64,000 nt of DNA from the NCBI GenBank assembly GCA_045567365.1, contig JBJLDC010000019.1, positions 14,610-78,609 of the forward strand. The letters run 5' to 3'. Source of the DNA: Candidatus Pelagibacterales bacterium. GTDB taxonomy: Bacteria; Pseudomonadota; Alphaproteobacteria; Pelagibacterales; AG-422-B15. The notes under the pieces were generated by a model. It was not told the origin of the DNA and made no database searches. It worked only from the letters and a program-made list of their open reading frames with translations. Shown in pieces: positions 1-12,053 of the stretch; the first letter of the stretch is position 1; each line of letters begins with the position of its first letter. The position numbers and the translations under genes were made by a program.

Positions 1-1069
<1,069 letters not shown>

Positions 1070-1135
1070 TTATCTTATAAATGTATTGTTAGATTTTTGA
1101 TAATCTCAAGCTATATTTAATACTAAGGAACAAAA

Positions 1136-3145
1136 ATGTCTAAAAATAAAATTCTAAAAACAGTATCAGACTATCAACCCGCGGGAGATCAGCCACAAGC
1201 AATAACTGAAATTGTCAAAAATATATCAAAAAAAGAACTTGATCAGGTTTTACTGGGAGTTACTGGGTCGGGTAAAACATTTACAATGGCCAAAATAATT
1301 GAAGAAACTCAGAGGCCAACATTAATATTGGCTCCAAATAAGACATTGGCAGCTCAACTTTATGGCGAAATGAAGCTTTTCTTTCCAGATAATGCCGTAG
1401 AGTATTTTGTATCTTATTATGACTACTATACTCCTGAAGCATATGTTCCAAAGTCAAATACTTATATTGAGAAAGAAGCATCAATAAATGAACAGATAGA
1501 TAGAATGCGCCATTCTGCAACAAGGTCACTACTAGAAAGAGATGATGTAATTATTGTGGCTAGTGTTTCGTGCATTTATGGAATTGGATCAGTTGAAACG
1601 TATAGTTCAATGATTATAAATCTCAAGGTCAATAACGAAATTGGACGAAATGAAATTATTCAAAAATTAATTGAACTTCAATATACCAGAAATGATACTG
1701 ATTTTAAAAGAGGTACTTTCAGAGTACGGGGTGACTCATTAGAAATTTTTCCTTCACACTTTGAGGATCGTGCATGGAGAATTTCAATGTTTGGTAATGA
1801 ACTGGAAGGTATTTCAGAGTTTGATCCTCTCACAGGAAAAAAAATAAACGATCTAGATAGTATTAAGATTTATGCAAATAGTCATTATGTAACATCAAGG
1901 CCAACTCTACAGGAAGCAATTAAAAAAATTAGAAAAGAATTAGAAAAGCGAGTTCCTGAATTTAAGAATAGCAATAAATTGATTGAAGCTCAAAGAATTG
2001 AGGAAAGAACAAAATTCGATCTTGAAATGATTGAAGCTACTGGGAGCTGTCCAGGTATTGAAAATTATTCACGATATCTATCGGGAAGAGAGCCTGGAGA
2101 AGCACCACCTACTCTCTTTGAATATCTACCTCATAATGCTCTTCTTTTTGTTGACGAAAGTCATGTTACAGTTCCTCAGCTTGGAGGAATGTATAAAGGT
2201 GATAGAAGTCGAAAGAGTACATTATCTGAATATGGCTTTAGATTGCCTTCATGCATGGATAATAGACCCTTAAAATTTGAAGAATGGGAATCAATGAGGC
2301 CTCAAACATTATTTATTTCAGCTACGCCAGGTCCATGGGAGCTTGAAAGAACTCAAGGAGTATTTACAGAACAAATTATCAGACCAACTGGGCTTATCGA
2401 TCCTAAAATTGAAATTCGTGCCGCTAAAACTCAAGTTGAAGATCTAATTGCAGAGTGCAAGAAAATTATTGAAAAAAAATATCGTGTTCTAGTGACAACA
2501 TTAACTAAACGCATGTCTGAAGATCTAACAGAATATATGTATGAAAATGGCATTAGAGTAAAGTATCTACACTCTGATATTGACACTCTTGAAAGAATTG
2601 AAATCATTCGTGATTTAAGAAAAGGTGTCTTTGACGTATTAGTTGGAATTAATTTACTCAGAGAAGGTCTAGATATACCTGAATGTGCACTTGTAGCAAT
2701 CCTCGACGCTGATAAGGAAGGGTTTTTGAGATCTGAAAGATCTTTAGTTCAAACTATTGGAAGAGCGGCAAGGAATGTTGATGGTAAAGTAATACTCTAC
2801 GCAGATAAAAATACAGAAAGTATGAAAAAAGCTATAAGTGAGACTGATAGAAGAAGAAAAATTCAGGAAATATATAATTTAGAAAACAATATAACGCCTA
2901 CAACAATAAAAAGAGATATTAGTAATATAATTGATAGTATTTATGAAAATGACCGGGTAAATGTTGAACTTGATAGTCCAACTGATAATAATTTAGTTGG
3001 AAATAATCTAAAAAAACACATAGAAAGCCTTAGAAAGAAAATGATAGGGTTTGCGGAAAATTTAGACTTTGAACAGGCTGCAAGAATTAGAGATGAGATC
3101 AAAAAACTTGAAAGTAAAGAGCTAGAAATTAATACTTATAATTAA
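1136..3145 (+). CDS. uvrB: Excinuclease ABC subunit B
   Basis: GVTGSGKT Walker [15 protein letters not shown] box, C-terminal UVR coil; 669 aa. Confidence 0.98.
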   Translation: MSKNKILKTVSDYQPAGDQPQAITEIVKNISKKELDQVLLGVTGSGKTFTMAKIIEETQRPTLILAPNKTLAAQLYGEMKLFFPDNAVEYFVSYYDYYTPEAYVPKSNTYIEKEASINEQIDRMRHSATRSLLERDDVIIVASVSCIYGIGSVETYSSMIINLKVNNEIGRNEIIQKLIELQYTRNDTDFKRGTFRVRGDSLEIFPSHFEDRAWRISMFGNELEGISEFDPLTGKKINDLDSIKIYANSHYVTSRPTLQEAIKKIRKELEKRVPEFKNSNKLIEAQRIEERTKFDLEMIEATGSCPGIENYSRYLSGREPGEAPPTLFEYLPHNALLFVDESHVTVPQLGGMYKGDRSRKSTLSEYGFRLPSCMDNRPLKFEEWESMRPQTLFISATPGPWELERTQGVFTEQIIRPTGLIDPKIEIRAAKTQVEDLIAECKKIIEKKYRVLVTTLTKRMSEDLTEYMYENGIRVKYLHSDIDTLERIEIIRDLRKGVFDVLVGINLLREGLDIPECALVAILDADKEGFLRSERSLVQTIGRAARNVDGKVILYADKNTESMKKAISETDRRRKIQEIYNLENNITPTTIKRDISNIIDSIYENDRVNVELDSPTDNNLVGNNLKKHIESLRKKMIGFAENLDFEQAARIRDEIKKLESKELEINTYN

Positions 3146-3160
3146 TGAAAAAATTAAATT

Positions 3161-4114
3161 ATGTTTGATCAAGTAATCTTTCTATTAGTAGGGCTTACAT
3201 TGCTCCTTGTAAGCGTTGATCGAATGATTGAGTACTCAGATCGCATTGCAAAATATTTTCAAATTTCCCCAATACTTATCGGTCTTACTCTTGTTGCTTT
3301 TGGCACTTCTGCTCCAGAACTTGTAATAACATTATTTGCTTCATTTAATAATCCTCCAAACACTGATGCTATTATTGGAAATGTTATCGGATCAAATATA
3401 GCTAATATTTTATTGATCCTTGGATTTTCAGGACTTTTTTTTAAATTAGATTTTGGAAAAATATCAATTAAAGAAATTTTATTCTTAGGAATAGCAACCA
3501 TATATTTTTCTGTAGCATTTTTTATAATTGAAGTAGCAAATTTTATATACATCAGTGGTTTTGTATTATTAGCTATATTATTCCTAAATTACTTACGAAC
3601 ATATCCTAATACTTCTGAAAACAATAATGGTCTAGTATTTTCAAAAGCTATATATCTTTATTTAGCATTATCATTTATAGGAATATTTTTTGGTGGTAAG
3701 GTATTTTTATCACAAGCTCTATTAATTTTCACTGAAGTTGGTTTATCAGAGGCAGTTATTGGTATAACTGTTTTAGCAATTGGAACATCGTTGCCTGAAT
3801 TGATTACTGTTTTAATTTCCTATTTTAAAAGAAAAGGAGATATTGGTATTGGTAACATAGTTGGTAGTAATATTATGAACATATTGTTTGTATTTATGCC
3901 TAGTTTAATAATTGTTCATTTGAGAAATTTTGAATATCATCTTTCTTCGATTAACGATGCAAATATTTTAAATAATGATGAATCAATTATTATTTTAATA
4001 TTTGCTACATTAATTTTTATTGCCCTTTCATTTATAAAAATAAAATTATCAAAATGGATGGCAATAATATTATTGTTCTGTTATTTCTCTTATATATTTA
4101 GAATTTTATTATGA
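3161..4114 (+). CDS. Calcium/sodium antiporter (YrbG family)
   Basis: Two alpha repeats GTSAPE...GNVIGSNI and GTSLPE...GNIVGSNI; highly hydrophobic. Confidence 0.9.
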   Translation: MFDQVIFLLVGLTLLLVSVDRMIEYSDRIAKYFQISPILIGLTLVAFGTSAPELVITLFASFNNPPNTDAIIGNVIGSNIANILLILGFSGLFFKLDFGKISIKEILFLGIATIYFSVAFFIIEVANFIYISGFVLLAILFLNYLRTYPNTSENNNGLVFSKAIYLYLALSFIGIFFGGKVFLSQALLIFTEVGLSEAVIGITVLAIGTSLPELITVLISYFKRKGDIGIGNIVGSNIMNILFVFMPSLIIVHLRNFEYHLSSINDANILNNDESIIILIFATLIFIALSFIKIKLSKWMAIILLFCYFSYIFRILL

Positions 4115-4839
4115 TTAAAAATAAAGTAGTAATGGTCACTGGAGGTTCACTTAGAATTGGTAAACAAATTTGTCTAGATCTTGCAGATAATGGATATGAT
4201 ATTATTATTCATTATAGAAATTCAAAGAAAGAAGCTCAGTCTCTTAAAGATACAATATTAAGTAAAGGGGTAAGGTGTGAAACGATACGATGTGACCTAA
4301 GTAACTACAAACAAGTAAACAATTTAATGGCTAAAGCTCAAAAAATTTTTGGCTCTCTCTATGCCTTAATAAATAATGCATCAGTCTTTGAAAATGACTA
4401 CGCTTCAAGCTTTACAAAAAAACAATGGGAAAAGCACATGTCAACAAACTTATATGCACCATTAAAATTATCTCAAGATTTCTATCATCTAGCCTCAAAA
4501 AAAATTGAAAATCACATCATAAATATACTTGATCAATCAGTTCAAAATCCAGATATAAACTTTTTCTCATACTCAATCTCTAAGCTCGGTCTGCATGGCG
4601 CTACAAAGATTCTTGCAAAAGAATTTTCACCCAGAACAAGAGTTAATTCAGTTGCACCAGGTCCAACTTTAAAAAATATTCATCAGTCTGATAAGCATTT
4701 CAATCTAAAAAAGAAAAAAACTCTATTAAGAATTGGCTCCCCTCCAGAAGAAATTAGTGGTACTGTGAAATTTATACTTCAATCAAAATCATTAACAGGA
4801 CAATTAATTATTGTTGATGGTGGAGAGCATTTATCATGA
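4111..4839 (+). CDS. SDR oxidoreductase, pteridine reductase/FolM-like
   Basis: TGGSLRIG, NNAS and YSISK motifs; lies directly upstream of folB. Confidence 0.82.
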   Translation: MIKNKVVMVTGGSLRIGKQICLDLADNGYDIIIHYRNSKKEAQSLKDTILSKGVRCETIRCDLSNYKQVNNLMAKAQKIFGSLYALINNASVFENDYASSFTKKQWEKHMSTNLYAPLKLSQDFYHLASKKIENHIINILDQSVQNPDINFFSYSISKLGLHGATKILAKEFSPRTRVNSVAPGPTLKNIHQSDKHFNLKKKKTLLRIGSPPEEISGTVKFILQSKSLTGQLIIVDGGEHLS

Positions 4840-5270
4840 ATAATAATGTATTAAAAATATCAAAAATAGAAACTTCTTCATTAATTGATAAACAATCAGG
4901 TTATGATCTTATATTTTTGAACGATATGCTGCTAAATGCTGAAATAGGAATATATAAAAAAGAAAAAAATATTTCTCAACCCTTAAGAGTAAGTATGATT
5001 GCAAAAGTAAAAAACCCAAAAAAAATAAATGATAAAAATATTAACTCTGTAGTATGCTATAATCAAATATCAAAAAAAATAAAAAAAATAGTCAAGTCAG
5101 GGCATACAATGCTTCTTGAAAAAATGGCAGAGAAAATATTTGAGGAATGTTTTAAAAATAAACGAATCGAAACTATGAGGATTAGACTAGAAAAATTAGA
5201 TGCAATTAAAGAGGCTGATAGCGCTGGTATCGAAGTTGAAAGATCAAGAATCGAGCAATGCAAAATATAG
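4836..5270 (+). CDS. folB: Dihydroneopterin aldolase
   Basis: IGIYxxE...QPL, Y, LLEKMAE, K and GIEVER pattern. Confidence 0.82.
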   Translation: MNNNVLKISKIETSSLIDKQSGYDLIFLNDMLLNAEIGIYKKEKNISQPLRVSMIAKVKNPKKINDKNINSVVCYNQISKKIKKIVKSGHTMLLEKMAEKIFEECFKNKRIETMRIRLEKLDAIKEADSAGIEVERSRIEQCKI

Positions 5271-7087
5271 ATAGATTAAAAACAACTATCAACAACACTA
5301 CAACTCAACCAGGCATCTACCAGATGCTAAATAATAAAGACGAAGTTCTTTATGTTGGTAAAGCAAAAAATCTTAAAAACCGATTAAAAAGTTATTTAAA
5401 CCTCTCAAACCTATCAACTAGAATTAAGAGATTGGTAAATTTAATCGATAATATTAAAATAATCATCACTGAGACTGAAAAGGAAGCTCTATTATTAGAA
5501 GCTAACTTAATTAAGAAGATTAAACCACCTTATAATATATTATTAAGAGATGATAAATCATTTCCTTACATCTTCATAAATCATGAGCAAAATTTTTCTC
5601 AAATTAGCAAACATAGAGGTAAAAGTAAATTAAGAGGAAAGTATTATGGGCCTTTTGCCACAGTCGGTTCATTAAACTATACTTTAAAAATCTTACAAAA
5701 AGTTTTCTTACTTAGGTCTTGTGAAGATACTATATTTTCAAATAGAACCAAACCTTGTCTTCTATATCAAATTGAAAGGTGCAGTGGTCCATGCGTTGGT
5801 ATTATCTCAAATAATGAATACAAAAGATCAGTGAAAGAGGCGGAACATTTCTTATCTGGACATCATAGTAAGCTTCAAAATAACCTTGCAGAGAAAATGA
5901 ATATTGAAAGTGAAAAACAAAATTATGAAAAGGCAGCAAGTTTTAGAGATAAAATAAAAGCTCTCACGCAGATTCAGAGTCAACAAAATATTAATATTGC
6001 TAATATTAAAGACACAGATGTCATAACTATCGTTAGAGAGAGCGTAAAATCATGTATTCAAGTATTTATCTATAGGTCAGGTCAAAATTGGGGAAATAAA
6101 TCTTTTTTTCCCAAACATGACAAAGATGTATCTACAGATGAAATCATAGATCGTTTTATTGTAGATTTTTATACAAAATATAAACCACCTTCAGAAATAT
6201 TATTAAATCACAATTTATCGGAAAAAAGATTGATTTCTGAATCATTGAAGTCAATACATAAAGTAAATGTGAATTTTTTAATTCCAGAGCGTGGTAAGAA
6301 AAAAGATCTAATCGATTATGCAATTAAAAATACAAAATTATCATTAAATACTCACATATCTGAGTCTATAAGCAATGAGAAAATTCTTAATGATTTATCT
6401 AATGCTCTAGGTATACGAAACAAAATTAATAGAATTGAGACATATGACAATAGTCATTTATTTGGAAAAAATGCTGTTGGTGCAATGATAGTTTTTAATA
6501 AAAATGGTTTTGATAAAACCGCATATAGAAAATTTAACATTAATCATGAAAATATCACTCCTGGCGATGATTATGGAATGATGCGTCAAGTTTTAAAAAG
6601 AAGATTTAGTGAAAGAGCAGTCAAAGATAAAAAAAAATACATAAACTCGCCTCAGTTGATTTTAATTGATGGTGGCAAAGGTCACTATGAAGTTGCAATT
6701 AATGTTCTTAAAGAATTAAATATCAAAGATATTAGAGTAATGTCTATGTTTAAAGGGAATGGAAGGAAAGCTGAATTTGATAAAATAATTTTCAAAAACA
6801 AAATTAATTTTATTCAAAAGAATACATCAGAATTTTTTTTTCTCCAGAGATTAAGAGATGAGTCTCATCGATTTGCTATTGGCGCACATCGAAATAAAAA
6901 TAAGAAGGATATTAAAAATTCTGAGCTTGAACCAATTAATGGACTAGGTAGGGCTAGAAGAAAAAATCTTATGAACTATTTTGGCTCAATTCAAAGCATT
7001 AAAACAGCATCATCTTCAGACTTAGAAAAAGTGGATGGAATTAGCAAGACAATGTCAGAAAAGATATATAATTACTTTAATAATTAA
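5258..7087 (+). CDS. uvrC: Excinuclease ABC subunit C
   Basis: GIY-YIG N-terminus (PGIY...YVGKAKNL), Cys cluster, DNSH, IDGGKG, RDESHRFA, HhH tail. Confidence 0.97.
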   Translation: MQNIDRLKTTINNTTTQPGIYQMLNNKDEVLYVGKAKNLKNRLKSYLNLSNLSTRIKRLVNLIDNIKIIITETEKEALLLEANLIKKIKPPYNILLRDDKSFPYIFINHEQNFSQISKHRGKSKLRGKYYGPFATVGSLNYTLKILQKVFLLRSCEDTIFSNRTKPCLLYQIERCSGPCVGIISNNEYKRSVKEAEHFLSGHHSKLQNNLAEKMNIESEKQNYEKAASFRDKIKALTQIQSQQNINIANIKDTDVITIVRESVKSCIQVFIYRSGQNWGNKSFFPKHDKDVSTDEIIDRFIVDFYTKYKPPSEILLNHNLSEKRLISESLKSIHKVNVNFLIPERGKKKDLIDYAIKNTKLSLNTHISESISNEKILNDLSNALGIRNKINRIETYDNSHLFGKNAVGAMIVFNKNGFDKTAYRKFNINHENITPGDDYGMMRQVLKRRFSERAVKDKKKYINSPQLILIDGGKGHYEVAINVLKELNIKDIRVMSMFKGNGRKAEFDKIIFKNKINFIQKNTSEFFFLQRLRDESHRFAIGAHRNKNKKDIKNSELEPINGLGRARRKNLMNYFGSIQSIKTASSSDLEKVDGISKTMSEKIYNYFNN

Positions 7088-7632
7088 TGAATAAAATACC
7101 GAATCTATTAACAATATTAAGAATACTATCAATTCCATTATTGATATTTTTGGTATTATCTTCCTCTAATTTTTATAATTTTTTTGCATTGATTTTATTC
7201 ATTTTAATTTCAATTACAGATTACTTAGATGGATTTCTTGCTAGAAAAATGAATGTTGTATCTAAGTTTGGTGAAATGTTGGATCCAATAGCTGATAAAA
7301 TTTTTATTATAAGTGTCCTTATAGCTCTAATGATTAGCCAGACGATAGATGGATTATCTACAATTCCTGCTTTTTTAATTATTGGAAGAGAAATTTTTAT
7401 CTCTGGACTAAGAGAATTTTCTTCATCTGATACAAATACGAAACTTCAAGTCTCATATCTAGGTAAAATTAAGACAGCCTTTCAAATGCTAAGTCTCGTC
7501 CTTTTAATTTCTACTCAAATTAATGAAGTAAATAATCTATATATTTATCAATTAGGAATATTTTTATTATGGGTCTCAATGATTCTAACTATTATCAGTG
7601 GTTATAAATATTATCGAACAGTTTTTAATTAA
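7087..7632 (+). CDS. pgsA: CDP-diacylglycerol--glycerol-3-phosphate 3-phosphatidyltransferase
   Basis: PNxLTxxR and DYLDGFLAR...G..LDPIADK motif; conserved position after uvrC. Confidence 0.95.
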   Translation: MNKIPNLLTILRILSIPLLIFLVLSSSNFYNFFALILFILISITDYLDGFLARKMNVVSKFGEMLDPIADKIFIISVLIALMISQTIDGLSTIPAFLIIGREIFISGLREFSSSDTNTKLQVSYLGKIKTAFQMLSLVLLISTQINEVNNLYIYQLGIFLLWVSMILTIISGYKYYRTVFN

Positions 7633-8510
7633 GATCTAACAAGGTCATGGAATTCCTGCATGAATTTAAATGTCTGAGTATCTTCACCGGTCTGAAACAA
7701 ATTTTCATCAATTGATTGAATTGGCGTAACTTCTGCTGCAGTTCCTGTTAAAAAAGCTTCATCATATTTTGAAACTTCCTCAGGTTTAATATGTTTCTCA
7801 GTAACTTTATATCCATTCTTCGAGACCATTTCAATTACCGTTTGACGAGTTATTCCATTTAAAAAACAATCTGGTATTGGGGTATGTATCTCTTTATTTT
7901 TTACAAAAAATATATTTGCTCCTGTGCCTTCGGCAACATAGCCACGATAATCTAACATTAAAGCATCGTTGTAACCTTTATTTTCTGCAAACTCCTTAGA
8001 CATGGTACAAATAACATATGGTCCAGATGCTTTAGCTTCACATGGAGCTGTATCAGGAGAAGGCCTTTTCCAAGGAGATGTAATTAGTTTCAAACCTGCT
8101 TTTCTATCTTCTATTTTAAAATATGATGCCCAATCATCCCATACTGCGATTGCAACATTTATGTCAGCGTTTGAAGTTGACAGCCCCATTTGCTGACTAC
8201 CCCTCCAAGCAATAGGCCTAACATAGCAGTCACTTAAAGCCATTTTACTAATAAGTTCGTCTTTTGCTTTGTTAATCGCTTCTTCACTGTAAGGAATCTT
8301 GATGCCTACTATTTCAGCTGATTTAAATAATCTCTTTGTGTGTTCTTCAGACTTAAAAATTTTCCCATTATAGGCTCTCTCACCCTCAAAAACAGCACTT
8401 GCATAATGCATTCCTTGAGTGATTATATGGCACTTAGCATCATTCCAATCAATGAATTCGCCATTCATCCATATAATTCCATCTCTATTATCAAAAGGTT
8501 TTGCAGTCAT
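7629..8510 (-). CDS. ilvE: Branched-chain amino acid aminotransferase
   Basis: HYASAVFEG, AKASGPY, EGTGANIF, LNGITR, GTAAEV class IV PLP motifs. Confidence 0.95.
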   Translation of the reverse strand: MTAKPFDNRDGIIWMNGEFIDWNDAKCHIITQGMHYASAVFEGERAYNGKIFKSEEHTKRLFKSAEIVGIKIPYSEEAINKAKDELISKMALSDCYVRPIAWRGSQQMGLSTSNADINVAIAVWDDWASYFKIEDRKAGLKLITSPWKRPSPDTAPCEAKASGPYVICTMSKEFAENKGYNDALMLDYRGYVAEGTGANIFFVKNKEIHTPIPDCFLNGITRQTVIEMVSKNGYKVTEKHIKPEEVSKYDEAFLTGTAAEVTPIQSIDENLFQTGEDTQTFKFMQEFHDLVRS

Positions 8511-8584
8511 AAATATTTTATTAAATTCGTGAGATAGCTAATTATCATAAATATTTCTTGATTAATATCTATTTTTCAAATTAT

Positions 8585-8605
8585 TATGTCATAGTGTCTG
8601 ACTTA
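8585..8605. promoter_or_regulatory. Putative MarR (PetP) operator, inverted repeat TATGTCA-N7-TGACTTA
   Basis: Imperfect palindrome (one mismatch) centred on the probable GTG start of the MarR gene. Confidence 0.55.
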
Positions 8606-9076
8606 AATTTTAATAATCCAAAAGGATCACCTCTGCTTTATCTCAGAGAAGATAAAGTAAAAGAATCTTTAAATACATTTTTTAATGTCTCTAAAAATTT
8701 TGAAAAAATTATCACTGATAAAATCAATAACGATACATTTGGTATAGCAGACATAAGATGTCTTTTAATTATTAATTTAAATCCTGGAATAATATTTAAT
8801 GAATTGATGGAAGAGCTAGATATAAGCAAGCAGAGTCTTAATCGAGTTCTAAAAAAACTAATTCTCAATAACTTTATAATTCAAAAAATTAATTCAGAAG
8901 ATGCTAGAAAGAAGAATCTTTATTTATCTAATCAAACTAATAAAATGTTGGATAATATACTAGAACCAATATTAAAAGATATATCAGAAGCATTCCAAAA
9001 ATCAGGATCTAATTCTGTTCAAGGGTTTAACCAAATAATAAACAATATTATAAAGAGAAAAGAAAATGATGCCTGA
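8594..9076 (+). CDS. MarR family regulator (PetP-like); probable start GTG at 8594
   Basis: LDISKQSLNRVLKKL helix and DARK wing; conserved ilvE-MarR-OmpR-kinase order. Confidence 0.87.
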   Translation: MSDLNFNNPKGSPLLYLREDKVKESLNTFFNVSKNFEKIITDKINNDTFGIADIRCLLIINLNPGIIFNELMEELDISKQSLNRVLKKLILNNFIIQKINSEDARKKNLYLSNQTNKMLDNILEPILKDISEAFQKSGSNSVQGFNQIINNIIKRKENDA

Positions 9077-9740
9077 CTTTCACTTATTAATTGTTGATGA
9101 TGATGATAAAATTAGATCACTTCTAAAATCATTCTTAATTAGTAAAAATTTCTTAGTTTCAACAGCTGAAAATGCTTATGAAGCAAAAGAAATGATTGAA
9201 TACATAAAATTTGATTTATTAATTATTGACATAATGATGCCTGGAATGAATGGCTTTGATTTAACTCGTGAGATTAGAAATAATTCTAATGTTCCAGTGA
9301 TTCACTTAACAGCAATGGATGAAAAAAAGGATGTGATTCAAGGCTTAGAGATAGGTGCTGATGATTATATTGCTAAACCATTTGAACCTAAAGAACTTGA
9401 ACTTAGGATAAGTAATATTTTAAAGAAAAATTCAACAAAATCAAAAAATAAGACCTTGCAGTTAAATAATATTTTACTTGATTTAAGTACTGGGTCCATC
9501 AAAGGACTGAATAAAGATTTATCACTAAGTGAAAATGAAATTAAAATCTTAGAAATTCTATCTTCAAAACCAGGTGAGTCTTTTAAAAGGGAGTTCTTAA
9601 TTAAATCACTTGGTTTTAATCAAGAGAGAACATTAGATGTTTGCATTAATAGATTAAGAAAAAAGATAGAAAAGAATCCAAAAGTCCCAAAATATCTTAA
9701 AACCAAAAGAGGATCTGGATATGTTTTATGGATAGATTGA
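9066..9740 (+). CDS. OmpR family response regulator (PetR-like)
   Basis: VDDD, DIMMPG, GADDYIAKPF receiver domain and winged-helix tail RTLDV..NRLRKKIE...RGSGY. Confidence 0.93.
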   Translation: MMPDFHLLIVDDDDKIRSLLKSFLISKNFLVSTAENAYEAKEMIEYIKFDLLIIDIMMPGMNGFDLTREIRNNSNVPVIHLTAMDEKKDVIQGLEIGADDYIAKPFEPKELELRISNILKKNSTKSKNKTLQLNNILLDLSTGSIKGLNKDLSLSENEIKILEILSSKPGESFKREFLIKSLGFNQERTLDVCINRLRKKIEKNPKVPKYLKTKRGSGYVLWID

Positions 9741-9741
9741 C

Positions 9742-11046
9742 ATGAAAATTAAAAATTTTTTACCTCAGAACCTTCTTGGTAGAACAATACTAATTGTGAT
9801 ATTCCCATTCATAATGTTTCAACTCATAATTTTATCATACTATTACAATAGTTTATGGGAAAGAACGTTACACCAATTATCTCGTTCTGTAGTTCAAGAA
9901 ATTACCCTTGTATCACAATTAATAAATAGTAAGGGCTATTCAAAAACAGAAGTGGCATTAATTGAAAAATCAATTGGACTTGAAATAAATTTATATGAAG
10001 AAAAACCATACCAATTAAATGAAGAGCATAAAAAAGAAAGTATCATATTTCAAACTTTAAGAACTGAATTATCAAACTCTTTTAAAAAAGAAATATATAT
10101 TAAAGATTTAAGTGAGCTTGATAAAGTATTAGTAGTACTTCAATTTGATGCAAGCTTTATGGAATTTATTTTTTATAAAAAAAGAATTAATACATCAAGG
10201 AATCATATTTTTTTAGGATGGCAAATTATTTCTTCACTAATACTAATAATTATTTCTATGCTATTTCTTAAAAATCAAATTAAACCAATTACTAATCTTG
10301 CAAGAGCTGCTGAAAGTTTTGGAAAGGGTCAAAATATTGATGATTTCAAGGTTTCTGGTGCTACTGAAGTTAGACTTGCCTCAAATGAATTCCTTAAAAT
10401 GAAAGATAGAATTGTCAAACAAATTGATCAACGTTCTTTAATGCTTGCGGGAGTTAGCCATGACTTAAAGACTCCTCTTACTCGAATTCGGTTGCAAACT
10501 GAATCAATTAAGGAAGATGAAATAAAACAATCTCTAAATGATGAGGTTCAACATATGAATGAAATGTTGAATGAATATTTAGAATTTTCTTCAACTGAAC
10601 AACAAACAAAGGGCGGCAATATAAGTCCTATAGAAGCAATTTTAAAAATAAAAAATGATATAAATTTTAAAGATAAAAATATTGAAGTTGAAGTTACTGA
10701 AGATACTGGCTCTGTTGTTAATGAAAATATATTCAATAGAGTAATTATAAATGTACTTAATAACTCGGTATTACATGCAGATCATATTAAAGTATTGATA
10801 GAAATTAATAGTCAATTAATACTCGTTAGCATTCATGACAATGGTCCTGGCATCCCCGATCATGAAAAAGCAAGTGTTTTTAAACCTTTTTATCGAATTG
10901 ATAAAAGTAGAAATCAAAATAGAACTAATTCAGGACTGGGCCTGTCCATCTCAAAATCATTATTATCTCAAATCAATGGTTCAATTGCTCTTAAAGATAG
11001 TTTTCTTGGAGGCTTAGAGGTAAAAATTGAGATTGAGAATAAATAA
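9742..11046 (+). CDS. EnvZ-like sensor histidine kinase
   Basis: Two TM helices, HAMP, SHDLKTPLTR H-box, DNGPG and GLGLSI boxes. Confidence 0.93.
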   Translation: MKIKNFLPQNLLGRTILIVIFPFIMFQLIILSYYYNSLWERTLHQLSRSVVQEITLVSQLINSKGYSKTEVALIEKSIGLEINLYEEKPYQLNEEHKKESIIFQTLRTELSNSFKKEIYIKDLSELDKVLVVLQFDASFMEFIFYKKRINTSRNHIFLGWQIISSLILIIISMLFLKNQIKPITNLARAAESFGKGQNIDDFKVSGATEVRLASNEFLKMKDRIVKQIDQRSLMLAGVSHDLKTPLTRIRLQTESIKEDEIKQSLNDEVQHMNEMLNEYLEFSSTEQQTKGGNISPIEAILKIKNDINFKDKNIEVEVTEDTGSVVNENIFNRVIINVLNNSVLHADHIKVLIEINSQLILVSIHDNGPGIPDHEKASVFKPFYRIDKSRNQNRTNSGLGLSISKSLLSQINGSIALKDSFLGGLEVKIEIENK

Positions 11047-11051
11047 AAAAA

Positions 11052-11873
11052 TTAATTTAGTTTTTTAGATCTGTCTCTTGCTTGATTTATTGCTGTATTC
11101 AAAATTTTGTAAAACTTATCGGAGGAAATAAGAGACCTGATTGCAGCATCTGTCGTACCTCCTTTGCTAGTAACTTTTTCTCTTAATATTGAAGGGTGCT
11201 CTCCCCTATCAATCATGAGCAATATAGACCCTAAAAAAAGATGGATAATCATTTCATCAGATTGTTTAAAGCCATTTTTTGAGGCAATTTTTGACAGTGT
11301 TTCAATAAAGAAATAAACATATGCCGGTCCACTTCCAAATATTGCGGTAAAAGTATCTATTCGAGACTCTTTATTTACTTCAATAACTTGACCCACAAGA
11401 CTCAAAAATTGCTTTGATAGTTTTTTTGCTTTCGGGGTTGTTTTTTGATCAAAATAAACGACAGATGATCCCATACTCACAGATATAGGCGTGTTTGTCA
11501 TTGACCTTACAATATTTAAATTTTGATTCGATAACTTTCTCAAAGTTGAAGTTTTTTTGCCCGCGATAATTGAAATAATTACTGATCTTTTAATCAGATT
11601 TGCCAGATTTAATGAAAAAAGATTATCAACTTGATTAGGCTTCACTGCAAGTAAAACAATATCCAGTTGAGCTACATTACTTAGCTCTTCTTCATTTTTG
11701 ATTAAAACTATTTTTTTCCCTTTTTTTAAGTTTAAAACTTTTTTTGATGGCTTTGGCTCAAGCACAATAATTTTTTTACTAGAAAATTTGCTCTTAATTA
11801 ATGAAGATATAAATGAAATACCCATGTTGCCAGCACCAATAATTAAAATAGTTTTATTATGAATTTCTGCCAT
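11052..11873 (-). CDS. proC: Pyrroline-5-carboxylate reductase
   Basis: GAGNMG, LAVKP, GSGPAY, VTSKGGTT. Confidence 0.95.
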   Translation of the reverse strand: MAEIHNKTILIIGAGNMGISFISSLIKSKFSSKKIIVLEPKPSKKVLNLKKGKKIVLIKNEEELSNVAQLDIVLLAVKPNQVDNLFSLNLANLIKRSVIISIIAGKKTSTLRKLSNQNLNIVRSMTNTPISVSMGSSVVYFDQKTTPKAKKLSKQFLSLVGQVIEVNKESRIDTFTAIFGSGPAYVYFFIETLSKIASKNGFKQSDEMIIHLFLGSILLMIDRGEHPSILREKVTSKGGTTDAAIRSLISSDKFYKILNTAINQARDRSKKLN

Positions 11874-12018
11874 CTTTACCTAATCTCTGTTTATTAACTT
11901 TTTTTTCTTCTCTAAATTTTTTAAAAATTACTATTTCATCTTTAAATATGCTTGAGAACTCATAAATATTTATAAATATCTTTGATGCTATTGTTTTTAT
12001 ATTATTACTAGGTTTCAT
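11857..12018 (-). CDS. Small 53-aa protein, possibly a reduced UbiK/BMFP homolog
   Basis: Hand-translated MKPSNNIKTIASKIFINIYEFSSIFKDEIVIFKKFREEKKVNKQRLGKDGRNS; fills the proC-lgt gap and overlaps the proC start. Confidence 0.5.
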   Translation of the reverse strand: MKPSNNIKTIASKIFINIYEFSSIFKDEIVIFKKFREEKKVNKQRLGKDGRNS

Positions 12019-12053
12019 TGAGGATAAATTACTATTGGTTTATATTAAGTTAC

